From an uncultured Chthonomonadaceae bacterium (GTDB taxonomy: Bacteria; Armatimonadota; Chthonomonadetes; Chthonomonadales; Chthonomonadaceae): 64,000 nt of DNA. How positions within the stretch are numbered: the first letter of the stretch is position 1; each line of letters begins with the position of its first letter. The DNA is taken from contig CAWFQB010000009.1 of NCBI GenBank assembly GCA_963817895.1, positions 1-64,000 of the forward strand, read 5' to 3'. This document shows positions 24,997 to 34,866 of the stretch, one piece after another. Position numbers and translations under genes: made by a program. The notes beneath the pieces were generated by a model. The model was not told the DNA's origin, ran no database searches, and worked only from the letters and a program-made list of their open reading frames with translations.

Positions 24997-26202
24997 TTAT
25001 CCAATGTGAAATAGAACGCCGATAGCATAAGTGACGCCGCCGGTCAGGAAGCCGATGCCGGTCATTTCCAGCCCGCTTGCCCACCACGAGCGGGCCGTCA
25101 CCAGACTTTTGGCCGCGCCCACCGCGAAATGGGCCAGCAATCCGATGAGCGCGGAAAGCAGCAGGGCAGGCAGGCCGCGCGTGAAGAAAAACGGCAGCAC
25201 GGGAAACAGGCCGCCGATGCCCGTAGACAGCGCGGCGGAAAACGCGCCCGTCAGCGGGTTGGGAAAGTGCCGTTCGCTCAGTCCCAACTCCTCCTGCGCC
25301 ATTGTTTTCAAAAACTGGTCGGGGTTGACGGCGATACGATCCGCCATCAGTTGCGCTTCCGCCTCGGACAAGCCTTTCAGTTGGAACAGCAGTTGCAGTT
25401 CTTCCTTTTCGTGTTCGGGCGACTGCTCGATTTCCAGTTTTTCCCGCGCGATTTCCGCTTCGTATACTTCCCGCTCGGATTTGCTTGCCATAAACGCGCT
25501 CGCGCCCATCGAAAGCGCGGACGCCAGCATCGCGATCAGGCCTGCTGTCAGCACCACCTTGCCGCTTTGCAGCGGGTCGGCGGCGTTTGCGCCACCGGCA
25601 TTTACGGCGTTACCCGCGCTATTCAGATGCGTGGCTGTCGCGCCCGCCATGCCGCTGACCACGCCGAATACCGCGCCCAATCCATCATTGAGGCCGTAAA
25701 TGGCGTCGCCGATCCAACTGCCGGTCGTGCCGTGCCACTTTTCGCCTTTCAAAATCGCTTCCAGACGGCCTTTGGGTTCGTCCGGCATTTTCAGGGAGTG
25801 CAGCAGGCCCGCGTGTTGTTTCTCCTCCTCTTCAATGCGCGTAAACAGTTCGTGGGAAATGGCGTCTGCGGATAAATCCTGCGCGAACCGGTCGAACTGC
25901 GCGATGTTGCGGTCTTCTTCCGCCTCGATACGGCGCAGCATGGCGTCCGTGCCGAACGAGCGCACCATCAGCCGCTGCGCGGGCGTCGGTGTGGTGTTTT
26001 CACGGGGCGCAACACCCCCCAGCGCTTCAATGCGGCTGCCGAACTCGCGGGCATGGCCCTCTTCCGACTGCGCCAGTTTCAGAAAGATGTCGCGCCGCCG
26101 CTCGTCCTCCTGCTGCTCACTGAGCAGGCGGTACAATTGCGCGGCCTCGATTTCACGTTCCCAGGCCGTTTTCAGGGCGCGAATCACTTTTTGATTACTC
26201 AC
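24997..26202 (-). CDS. Ferritin/rubrerythrin-like domain fused to VIT1/CCC1 iron transporter
   Basis: ExxH pairs (SEEGH, EEKQH) in the N-terminus; DAIYGLNDGL and SALSMGASAF VIT1 motifs. Confidence 0.92.
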   Translation of the reverse strand: MSNQKVIRALKTAWEREIEAAQLYRLLSEQQEDERRRDIFLKLAQSEEGHAREFGSRIEALGGVAPRENTTPTPAQRLMVRSFGTDAMLRRIEAEEDRNIAQFDRFAQDLSADAISHELFTRIEEEEKQHAGLLHSLKMPDEPKGRLEAILKGEKWHGTTGSWIGDAIYGLNDGLGAVFGVVSGMAGATATHLNSAGNAVNAGGANAADPLQSGKVVLTAGLIAMLASALSMGASAFMASKSEREVYEAEIAREKLEIEQSPEHEKEELQLLFQLKGLSEAEAQLMADRIAVNPDQFLKTMAQEELGLSERHFPNPLTGAFSAALSTGIGGLFPVLPFFFTRGLPALLLSALIGLLAHFAVGAAKSLVTARSWWASGLEMTGIGFLTGGVTYAIGVLFHIG

Positions 26203-26214
26203 TGTTGCTCCTAT

Positions 26215-26967
26215 TTAAATCTCTTTCTTGTCGAGCAAAGCCGCCAGTTGCGCGCGTAAACGCGCGTTATCGGCTTCCGCTTCGGCGCGTGACTGCGCTT
26301 CAGCTTCAGCGCGGCGGTCTGCCTCGGCGGCGCGCTGCTCTTCCATCGCTATGCGCTGCATCGCTTCTAATATATCCAGCAGAAACTCGCCGCGTCGAGG
26401 ATCGAACAGGCGCATGGTTTCGCCCTGCTGCACGAGATCAAGCCCCAACTGTTCGCTGCGCATGCGCCCGTTTTCAAGGGGAATAGCTTGATAGCGCCCA
26501 TCAATCAGCCGGAAGCCCTGTAGCCGGGGATTGAGGTAATCCCCGGTCGGGTCGAACAGGAAATACTCGTCCACCCGCAGAACATTCTCATATAACGGGC
26601 GTTTGATGTTCACATCGTCACTGCTGGTTTTCGCGGACGTGAACTCGAATACCACGCTCGGCAGTTTGCCCCCTTCACGCCAACTCATATAGGAATCGCG
26701 CTGGTGATTGGGAACGCCGAAGACGACGTAGCAATCCGGGGATACGCGCTTTTTGGGAGCGCCCTCCTGATAGTACAGGAAGTTGTTGCCGGACACATAG
26801 ACGTCCGGTTGATCGGCATGACGCACTTGCAGCGCGGTCTTTGTATACACCATCAGGTCGAAGTGTTTGTCGGTTTCAGCCATAGGTTTGCCATCGCTCA
26901 CAGGATAATCAATCTCGCGGAGTTTGCGAGGTTTATCCGTTTTCGGTTGTGGAACTGCGATTGTCAT
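26215..26967 (-). CDS. Uma2 family endonuclease
   Basis: YPVSDGKPMAET, VSPDCYVVFGV, FEFTS and EYFLFDP; Ala/Glu coiled-coil tail. Confidence 0.93.
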   Translation of the reverse strand: MTIAVPQPKTDKPRKLREIDYPVSDGKPMAETDKHFDLMVYTKTALQVRHADQPDVYVSGNNFLYYQEGAPKKRVSPDCYVVFGVPNHQRDSYMSWREGGKLPSVVFEFTSAKTSSDDVNIKRPLYENVLRVDEYFLFDPTGDYLNPRLQGFRLIDGRYQAIPLENGRMRSEQLGLDLVQQGETMRLFDPRRGEFLLDILEAMQRIAMEEQRAAEADRRAEAEAQSRAEAEADNARLRAQLAALLDKKEI

Positions 26968-26988
26968 GTTGGTTCTCCTGCGCGCTCG

Positions 26989-29400
26989 TCACTTCACTCG
27001 TTCCAGTTTGGCATACGCCAGCAACAGTTTTTTCACGCCGACGTTGGGAAAGGCCACTTCTAACTGCGTGTTCGCGTCCTCGCCCGAAACCTTGAGAATC
27101 ACGCCCGCGCCGAACGTGGCGTGTTTTACTTTCTGCCCGACTTTGTAGCCGCCCGCTTCCATCCGCTGTTTCTCCTCACGCGGCGAAACCAAACCCTCAT
27201 CCCAGAGTTTCTGCTTCGGTTTTGGTCCCCGGCTTCCCTGTTCATTGTACTCCTCGTCCGGGTCAAAAGAGGAAACGGCGGGGCCGCGATTATTGCGGTT
27301 GGTTTTGAATAGTTCAGACGGTATCTCTTTCAGGAAGCGCGACGGCGGATTAAACGCGATATTGCCATACGTGCTGCGGCGGCTGGCGAAACTGAAAACT
27401 ACTTCGCGCTTGGCCCGCGTAATGCCCACATAGCACAAACGCCGCTCCTCTTCCAACTCCTTGTCCGACTCCATCGAGCGGGCGTGAGGGAATACGCCAT
27501 CTTCCATGCCGACTAAGAAAACGGTCGGGAATTCCAGCCCTTTGGCGGCGTGAAGCGTCATCATGGTTACAGCCTCCGCATTAGCGTCCAGACTGTCAAT
27601 ATCGGAAACAAGCGATACCTGTTCCAGAAACGACTGCAAACTCGGATTTTCCGACTCGGCCTCAAACTGTCGGACAGCGGTTATCAGTTCCCCGATGTTC
27701 TCCAACCGGGACTGCGCTTCCAGCGTATTTTCTTCCTCTAACGTCCGCTGATAACTGGTTCTGTCCAGCACTTTTTGAACCAGTTCGGATACGGTGGAGT
27801 GTTCGCGTTCGGTTCGCAGGGAGGCGATCAGGGACGCGAACTCGGCCAGTTTTACGCGCGCCCGACTGCTGACCGTACCCACATTGCCGATGTTCTGAAT
27901 GGTGTCCCACAGGTTGCGGCCCGTTCGCAGCATCTCCTCTTCGATGGCGGTGAAACTGCTTTGCCCGATGCCCCGCGCCGGCACGTTGATGATGCGGCGC
28001 ATGCTGATGCTGTCAACCGGGTTTTGCAGGATGCGCAGGTAGGCGAGAACGTCTTTGATCTCTTTGCGCTCGTAGAACCGAAGGCCGCCGACGATTTTGT
28101 AGGGAATGTACCAGTTGCGGAACATGTCTTCCATGATGCGCGATTGGGCGTTGGTGCGGTACAGAATGGCGTAGTTGCTCCACTTCTGCCCCCCCTCCTT
28201 CACGGCCTGCCGGACGCGCTGCGCGATCCACGCGGCCTCTTCCTGCTCGTTGGTGGCTTCGTGCATGTGGAGGGGAATGCCCTCTTCGTTTTCCGTCCAC
28301 AGCTTTTTGTCTTTGCGCCCCTTGTTGTTACGAACGACGCCATACGCGGCTTCCAGAATCGTCTGGGTAGAGCGATAATTCTGTTCCAATTTCATCACGG
28401 TCGCAGTGGGATAATCATGTTCGAACTTTAGAATTAACCGCACGTCCGCTCCGCGCCACCCATAGACCGACTGGTCATCGTCTCCCACCACACATAAATT
28501 ATTGTATTTAATGGCAAGATGGTGCAGCAGCATGTATTGAACGTGGTTCACGTCCTGATACTCGTCCACCATGATGTAGCGGAAGCGGTTTTGCAGGCGT
28601 TCCAGCACATCTTCGCGTTCCTGCAATAAGTGGACGGCTTCCGTGAGCAGGTCGTCGAAATCCAGCGCGTTGTTGTCGCGGAGTTTCTGCTGATAGACGG
28701 GGTACGCTTTGCCCGCGATGTCGTCAATGAAGCCCATAAAGTGCTTGTGCCAGTCGGGAGGACGAACCAGTTTTTCCTTTGCCGCGCTGATGCGGGACAG
28801 GAGGGCGCGGGGCGCGAACTTCTTCTCGTCAATGTTGAGTTGCCGCATACACTCTTTCATCAGCGTCATTTGATCGGCATCATCGTAGACAACAAAGTCG
28901 CGGTCAAGCCCGATTTTCTCGCCGAACTCGCGCAGCAGGCGGGCGCACAGGGCGTGAAAGGTGCCAACCCACAGATGCTTGCCGACGTTATCGCCTACGA
29001 GTTTGTTGATGCGCTCCTTCATCTCCTGCGCGGCCTTGTTGGTGAAGGTGACGGCCAGAATGTGGCGCGGCAAAACGTTGCGCTCAGAAATGAGATAGGC
29101 TACGCGATGGGTGAGAACGCGCGTTTTGCCCGACCCGGCCCCGGCAAACAGCAACAAAGGCCCGGTTCCATGCAGAACGGCCTGCCGCTGCACGGGGTTG
29201 AGGCTTTTGAGCAGGGGATGGTTGGGATCAATGGCGCGGGCTTCGTCCTCGATTTCGGCAAGCGCAAGGGGCGGGCGCAAAACAAATTCATCCCGGCTCT
29301 CGTCGGCGGGCGCGTAGTCGGGCAGATAGGGAATCTCCTCGGCTTCGGGCGGCGCGTCGGCTTCGGTCGGGAAGGGCGTCGGTTCGGGCATATCGGACAT
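26989..29400 (-). CDS. pcrA: ATP-dependent DNA helicase PcrA/UvrD
   Basis: AGAGSGKT, VDEYQD, GDDDQSVY, EQNYRS, TLHAAKGLEF and EERRLCYVGITRA; C-terminal Tudor-like HATFG; TATAAT and GGAGAG just upstream of ATG 29400. Confidence 0.96.
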   Translation of the reverse strand: MSDMPEPTPFPTEADAPPEAEEIPYLPDYAPADESRDEFVLRPPLALAEIEDEARAIDPNHPLLKSLNPVQRQAVLHGTGPLLLFAGAGSGKTRVLTHRVAYLISERNVLPRHILAVTFTNKAAQEMKERINKLVGDNVGKHLWVGTFHALCARLLREFGEKIGLDRDFVVYDDADQMTLMKECMRQLNIDEKKFAPRALLSRISAAKEKLVRPPDWHKHFMGFIDDIAGKAYPVYQQKLRDNNALDFDDLLTEAVHLLQEREDVLERLQNRFRYIMVDEYQDVNHVQYMLLHHLAIKYNNLCVVGDDDQSVYGWRGADVRLILKFEHDYPTATVMKLEQNYRSTQTILEAAYGVVRNNKGRKDKKLWTENEEGIPLHMHEATNEQEEAAWIAQRVRQAVKEGGQKWSNYAILYRTNAQSRIMEDMFRNWYIPYKIVGGLRFYERKEIKDVLAYLRILQNPVDSISMRRIINVPARGIGQSSFTAIEEEMLRTGRNLWDTIQNIGNVGTVSSRARVKLAEFASLIASLRTEREHSTVSELVQKVLDRTSYQRTLEEENTLEAQSRLENIGELITAVRQFEAESENPSLQSFLEQVSLVSDIDSLDANAEAVTMMTLHAAKGLEFPTVFLVGMEDGVFPHARSMESDKELEEERRLCYVGITRAKREVVFSFASRRSTYGNIAFNPPSRFLKEIPSELFKTNRNNRGPAVSSFDPDEEYNEQGSRGPKPKQKLWDEGLVSPREEKQRMEAGGYKVGQKVKHATFGAGVILKVSGEDANTQLEVAFPNVGVKKLLLAYAKLERVK

Positions 29401-29595
29401 GGGGCGTGTTCTCTCCTCTCCTTTTATTATACTTGACACGGCTTCCGTTTGGCGGAAAGCGGTCGCGGTTTGCGCGTTTCTGCTACGCGCGGTTGAGGAG
29501 TCATCAAGGTATCGCCTTCCCTAACGTGGGGAGTGGCGAATGGGGCAACGGGGATTCCTGAGCGCGTCGAGAAAACAGCAGGTAAAAAAGAGAAG

Positions 29596-29737
29596 AATAT
29601 GTAGAGACGTCGTCGAAATATTGGCAATGCAGCGCTTCCAGCACTCGGTCTCGTTGTGTCAAGTTTTTAGGTAGAGGCGTCGTGACCTCCAAATAGTTAC
29701 GGCGAACGGGTGTGTACAGGCATCTTCTTGCACCTCC
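29596..29737 (-). other. Copy 1 of a duplicated ~140-nt element with SD + micro-ORF MPVHTRSP* (29723-29697)
   Basis: Manual alignment to 51673..51813 (+) shows about 20 differences over ~142 nt. Confidence 0.8.
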
Positions 29738-29802
29738 TTTGCGAAGTGGTAGACGCTATATTAACACTCGTGGCTGTTTTAAGAAGTATCTGAGGAAAAT
29801 TA

Positions 29803-29852
29803 CCTCACCCCCGGCCCCTCTCCTTGCCGCGCAACGCGCTAGGAGAGGGGAG
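29803..29852 (+). repeat. REP-like hairpin (CCTCACCCCCGGCCCCTCTCC...GGAGAGGGG family)
   Basis: cccctctcct...aggagagggg stem; related copies at 37646-37691 and 38832-38880 on the other strand. Confidence 0.75.
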
Positions 29853-30181
29853 CGAGTGTGATAGATTCTCCTGTTGTTTGTACAAGGTTGCTGTAATGCC
29901 ACACTTTTGTCTCGTAATATCACTGACTTCAGCAAAATTCCCAACCTCATATCTGCCTGACGTGGAACGATCTATAGCGAGGTCTTCCCTCTACGTTGCT
30001 TGAACGGTTTGTTTTACCCTCAACGTTAGCCCCTTCCTGTGTTGCTTGTTCCTGCTCTGACCAGAAGATAAGCAATGATGACGTTTAAACCGGTACGTTA
30101 GCATCCATTGGGAAGGATAAATCGAGCGAAAAAGCGAATGTATGTCTACGTAAGGACTCTGTACATCTACTCGGAGGGCGT

Positions 30182-31082
30182 ATGTCACGTAAACGACGGG
30201 AACAATCTGCTACGTTTGGCGGCACCTGGACGGAAGAAAAAGCTAAAACGCCTGGCTGCTTACCTCGCTGCCTATCGCAAAATATTTAGCAGAAACGTAA
30301 AAGCCCAACATTTTAGAACAGTGTATGTCGATGCTTTCGCGAGTACGGGAAGCCGCATTGCGCAAACAAATCGCAGCCAAACAGACGCGCTCCCGCTTGA
30401 ATTGGCAGACGAAGAACCACAGCAGTATTACAAAGGTAGCGTCCGAATTGCTCTCGATGTACAGCCCCCTTTTGATGAATACCTGTTCATTGAGCTAAAT
30501 GCTTCAAGGGCTGCTGAACTGGAGACGCTCAAGGCCGAATATTCAATCCACAACATTACTGTGGTTCAGGGTGACGCAAACATTCACCTTAAACAATGGT
30601 GTCTCGATACCGATTGGCGAGACACAAGAGCGGTTATCTTTCTTGATCCATTCGGCATGCAAGTGGAATGGGAATTACTTGAAGTCATTGCCGCAACTCA
30701 TGGTATTGACTTGTGGTTGTTGTTCCCATTAGGCATGGGAGTTATGCGAATGTTGACGAAAGCAGGCCCTCCTCAGCAAGCATGGGCTGATCGACTCACC
30801 TCTGTTTTAGGAACTGATGAATGGCGGCAAGAATTTTACGTGACTCAAACTGTGCCGACTTTATTTGCAGAAGTGGAACAGGAAATTAGAGATGCGGATT
30901 TCGCAAGCATTCAAGCATTTTTTGTTCAACGTCTGAAAACTATCTTCGTTGATGTTGCGAACAATCCGCTTATTCTACGTAACTCGCGGAATACGCCTCT
31001 TTACATGCTGTGCTTTGCAGCCTCTAATCCAAGAGGGGCTGTTCCTGCAATCAAAATTGCGGAGTATCTCTTGAAAGAGTAA
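30182..31082 (+). CDS. tcmP: Three-Cys-motif partner protein TcmP (methyltransferase-like); frameshift in the A-run near 30240
   Basis: GGAGG RBS + ATG 30182 gives MSRKRREQSATFGGTWTEEK(L); YVDAFAS, FIE, QGDAN and IFLDPFGMQVEW follow; lower GC than the flanks. Confidence 0.88.
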
Positions 31083-31085
31083 AAT

Positions 31086-31841
31086 ATGGCAACAAATTCA
31101 CATATTGAATGGACGAACAAGACGTGGAACCCGGTGACGGGGTGTACCAAGATCAGTCAGGGATGCAAGCACTGCTATGCGGAACGGATGGCGAAACGGC
31201 TTCATGCGATGGGGCAGCATCGCTATCGAAACGGCTTTGCGGTTACGCTGCACGAGGATTTGATTGCTCTGCCGGAAACGTGGAAGAAGCCGAGTTTGGT
31301 GTTTGTCAACTCCATGAGCGATCTGTTGCATGTAGATGTGCCGCTGGAATTCATTCAGCGCGTGTTCGCAACCATGAACCGCTGTCCGCAGCACACGTTT
31401 CAGGTCTTGACCAAACGCAGCGAACGTTTGCGCGAGATTGCGCCCCTGCTGACGTGGACAAGCAATATCTGGATGGGTGTCAGCATTGAGAATCAGGACG
31501 TGACGCCGCGCATTTTGGATTTGCGACAGGTTCCCGCAGCCGTGCGCTTTCTCTCCGTAGAACCGCTGATCGGCCCGCTGGAAACGTTGCCGCTTGACGG
31601 AATTCACTGGGTTATTGTCGGCGGCGAATCGGGGCCGGGGGCGCGTCCGATGCAGAAGGAGTGGGTCGAATCCATTTATACGCAGTGCCGAACCGCAAAC
31701 GTGCCGTTCTTCTTCAAACAGTGGGGCGGGACGCGCAAAGATTTGACGGGCCGCGAACTGCACGAACGAACGTATGATGAGATGCCAATGGCGTATACGC
31801 GAGAAGCCTTGAATGTGCCGAATGTCGCGGCAGTCGGGTGA
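31086..31841 (+). CDS. Phage Gp37/Gp68 family (DUF5131) three-Cys protein
   Basis: [50 protein letters not shown] and FFFKQWGG. Confidence 0.95.
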   Translation: MATNSHIEWTNKTWNPVTGCTKISQGCKHCYAERMAKRLHAMGQHRYRNGFAVTLHEDLIALPETWKKPSLVFVNSMSDLLHVDVPLEFIQRVFATMNRCPQHTFQVLTKRSERLREIAPLLTWTSNIWMGVSIENQDVTPRILDLRQVPAAVRFLSVEPLIGPLETLPLDGIHWVIVGGESGPGARPMQKEWVESIYTQCRTANVPFFFKQWGGTRKDLTGRELHERTYDEMPMAYTREALNVPNVAAVG

Positions 31842-31862
31842 GGCGTAAGGAGAAAGCAGGGT

Positions 31863-32546
31863 ATGGCAGGGCAGAAACGGACGCGCGGGAAGTGCGCGTA
31901 TTGTCAGCGGGATTTGACGCGGACAGGGATGGGCAAGCATCTGGCGGAGTGTCCCGTCCGCATTCATGCTATTGCGGAAGCCTTTAGCGGGGCGGGCAAG
32001 CCGCAGCCGTTGTACCATGTGCAGGTGCAGGATGCGTGGGGCGGCGATTTCTGGTTGCATCTGGAAGTCAACGGTGAGGCGACGCTGAAGCAGTTAGATC
32101 GGTATTTGCGCGCTATCTGGCTGGAGTGCTGCGGGCATTTGAGCGCGTTTTATCTGGATCGCGAGTACGGCGCGGAAGCCGCTATGACGCGAAAAGTCGA
32201 ACAGGTCTTCAAGTCCAGCGAGCAGTTATTTCACATTTACGATTTCGGCACGTCTTCAAAAACCATCGTAAAGGTGCTTGGGACGCGGCACGGAAAACCC
32301 CTGACGCGCCACCCGATTGCGCTCATGGCGCGGAACAGCCTGCCGGAGTATACGTGCATGACGTGCGGCGAACCGGCAACCTATATCTGCCTGCAATGCC
32401 TTAATGAAGACGACACGACGGGCGAACTGTGCGATGTCCATGTCGAAGACCATCCGCATAGCGATTATGGCGACCCGATGCCGCTGGTAAACTCGCCCCG
32501 TTCCGGTGTATGCGGCTATGAGGGTCCCGCTGAACCGCCGTATTAA
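31863..32546 (+). CDS. pRiA4b ORF-3-like protein with Zn-binding Cys motifs
   Basis: CAYC, LKQLDRYLRAIWLECCGHLSAF, YDFGTS, CMTC/CLQC and NSPRSGVCGY. Confidence 0.75.
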   Translation: MAGQKRTRGKCAYCQRDLTRTGMGKHLAECPVRIHAIAEAFSGAGKPQPLYHVQVQDAWGGDFWLHLEVNGEATLKQLDRYLRAIWLECCGHLSAFYLDREYGAEAAMTRKVEQVFKSSEQLFHIYDFGTSSKTIVKVLGTRHGKPLTRHPIALMARNSLPEYTCMTCGEPATYICLQCLNEDDTTGELCDVHVEDHPHSDYGDPMPLVNSPRSGVCGYEGPAEPPY

Positions 32547-32679
32547 CGGCGGAGGGGCGGCAATGGAAAACATCTTCATCACAGCGCCGGTTCTCATCAA
32601 TGTTCAATGAATGTTGCCCGATCCTTGCAGAAGAGGTCGAATTGAGCATGTTGCTGTTCCTATCTGCCGGGCAAAGAGC

Positions 32680-32823
32680 AGGGTGCCTGTCTCAGAAACA
32701 GGCGCCCTGACGCTGTGAAGGGTAGTTGATGGCCGATAGTGGCGTGTGACCTTCTTGCTGTTCGGGCAAACACGGGGGTTTGCCCCTACGCCGGTTGATG
32801 GCCGATAGTGGTGGCGTGTGACC
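32680..32823 (-). repeat. BIME-like cluster: two direct linker repeats alternating with two REP-like hairpins
   Basis: gttgatggccgatagtg(gtg)gcgtgtgacc at 32725-32751 and 32794-32823; minus-strand GTAGGGGCAAACCCCCGTGTTTGCCC and GTCAGGGCGCCTGT..ACAGGCACCCTG hairpins. Confidence 0.75.
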
Positions 32824-32829
32824 GGCTGC

Positions 32830-34269
32830 TTATGGTTTGAGCGAGGCGGTGTTGCGCGAAGTGTTGGAACCCGTGTACGAGACGCGCCATACGGTTCCGC
32901 TCGCATCGTCCGTGACGAGCAACGCGCCGTCTTTTGCCACTGCCACGCCCACCGGACGGCCCCATACATTGCCATCAGGCGTAACGAAGCCGGTCAAAAA
33001 GTCCTCGTACTCGCCCGTCGCTTTGCCGTTCTTCATGGGGACGCGGATCACTTTGTACCCTGTGCGGCGGGCGCGGTTCCACGAACCGTGTTCACTGGCG
33101 AACGCATCCAGCGCGTACTCTTTCGGGAACTGCTTGCCCGTGTAAAACGCCATTTGCAGCGACGCGGAATGGGACTGTAGCAGCACGTCAGGCGTAATCA
33201 CTTTGCTTTTCAGATCGGGATGGTTCCCTTTAGCCCGCGTGTCTTCAGTGCCGCCCATGTAGTACCAGGGCCAGCCATAAAAGCCGCCCTCTTCGACATG
33301 CGTGATGTAGTCGGGAACCAGATGGTCGCCCAGACCGTCACGCTCATTCACGCTGCACCAGAGTTGCCCGGTTGTGGGATGAATGGCAAGCCCGACCGCG
33401 TTGCGAATGCCCGCCGCGTAGATTTTCTCGTTTTTGCCGTCTGCCGTGTATTCCAGAATGTCCGCGCGGCGCTCATCCTGATCCGTGTCGCTCTCGTGCG
33501 CGTTGGAAACGCTGCCGACGGATACGAACAATCGTTTGCCGTCTTTGGAAAAGCGGACGTCGCGAGTCCAGTGTCCGCCGCCGCGCAGCCTGCCGCCGCC
33601 CGGAATGTCATTGACAATGGTTTCCATCGCCCCGCGCGCCTGCGTGTCGCCGTTCAGGTAAGGGATACGAACCACGCTTTCCGTATTGCCGATAACCACG
33701 TACTGCGGGTCCGGTCCGGCAGGGTAAAACGTCAGGCCGAACGGCTTGGACAATCCCGTTACAAAAGTAAACACCTGCGGCTTGCCGCCGTCTGAGGTGG
33801 GACGCAGGATTTTCACGCGCTCCGGCCCGCTTTCCACGACAAACACGTCGCCATTGGGCGCGGTCTGAATGTAGCGCGGATTGTTCAGCCCGCTGACGTA
33901 CTCCTCTACCTTGAACCCGGCGGGAACTTTGGGCATCGCGCCTTCGGGACGGCCCACGATGCGCGGGCCGTTGTCAACCGAGGGGGTCGCGTACTGCGGC
34001 GGCAGGTCAGCAAGCGTCAGGTGACGGCGCACTCCCGGCGCGTCCGTCGTCCAATCGCCTAATGCCTGCTGTCCCGTCAGAACGCCGCCGGGCGCAGGTT
34101 TGGCGAGGCTTACATTCGCGGTAAGAGGTTTATGGTTAGCTTGCGGCGTCTGCTGCGTCCGGGCGCAGGCCGCAAGGCCGAGAATGGAAACCGGAGCCAG
34201 CAGCAGGCCGGCAAAACGCAGTTGTTTCGATGTAAGGAGCGGTAATGCGGCTCCCTTTAGTTTGCTCAT
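32830..34269 (-). CDS. PQQ-dependent sugar / L-sorbosone dehydrogenase family lipoprotein
   Basis: LAAC lipobox; GHWTRD, VSVGS.SN, GIRNAVG, VNERDGLGD, FYGWP, HGSWNR and WGRPVGV. Confidence 0.92.
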   Translation of the reverse strand: MSKLKGAALPLLTSKQLRFAGLLLAPVSILGLAACARTQQTPQANHKPLTANVSLAKPAPGGVLTGQQALGDWTTDAPGVRRHLTLADLPPQYATPSVDNGPRIVGRPEGAMPKVPAGFKVEEYVSGLNNPRYIQTAPNGDVFVVESGPERVKILRPTSDGGKPQVFTFVTGLSKPFGLTFYPAGPDPQYVVIGNTESVVRIPYLNGDTQARGAMETIVNDIPGGGRLRGGGHWTRDVRFSKDGKRLFVSVGSVSNAHESDTDQDERRADILEYTADGKNEKIYAAGIRNAVGLAIHPTTGQLWCSVNERDGLGDHLVPDYITHVEEGGFYGWPWYYMGGTEDTRAKGNHPDLKSKVITPDVLLQSHSASLQMAFYTGKQFPKEYALDAFASEHGSWNRARRTGYKVIRVPMKNGKATGEYEDFLTGFVTPDGNVWGRPVGVAVAKDGALLVTDDASGTVWRVSYTGSNTSRNTASLKP

Positions 34270-34489
34270 AAAACAGGTTCCTTGCTTTGATGTCAGAACG
34301 TGATCGGATGGCGCAGGCTTGCCGCGCCATCCGCTTCTCTGAATGTTTACGCCCGAAAGCGCGTAAACACTGCAAGAAGAGACAGAATATTGCAATTTGG
34401 AGCCTAATATAGAGGGACAGCCGTAGTCCGCCCGTTGCCGGTATATCGAAAGCGGTACAAGGGCTGCTCTCTCAGCAATCACACGTATC

Positions 34490-34593
34490 AGAGCCTATCC
34501 CATTAGGCCGGGTACAGAGAACGTACCCGTCTGAGTGGCCTGCGGCCAAGCGTCCTTCGGACGCAAATGCAATCGCCTATTGGGATAGGCTCT
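34490..34593. mobile_element. MITE-like element with 18-bp terminal inverted repeats
   Basis: agagcctatcccattagg (34490-34507) vs cctattgggataggctct (34576-34593), one mismatch; internal hairpins; no transposase. Confidence 0.65.
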
Positions 34594-34866
34594 AAGCCAT
34601 GCCTGACCACGATTTGCAAATCCTGTTTGCGCGGCCTGTTCCCGCCCCTGCTCTAACCCTTGCGAAAACGGTTCCACCGTTGCGGGAGTGTGGCGAACAG
34701 CTTGTATCTATTTCCAATGGTGGCGCTTCGATTACGGCAATCGCCTGTGGGCGCGGCAAACCGGCCTGACGCCGATTTATGGCGCGATAGAACCTTTTCT
34801 TCTAAAGAATCGGGTATGACATATTGTAGCATTTAGAGAATGCGCGGAAACAGAAGGAATGTCATT

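Noticed and set aside
32725..32823. Two ~27-30-nt direct repeats with a ~42-nt spacer, CRISPR-like
   Set aside because: Only two units, and the spacer is itself a REP hairpin; better explained as a BIME-like cluster.
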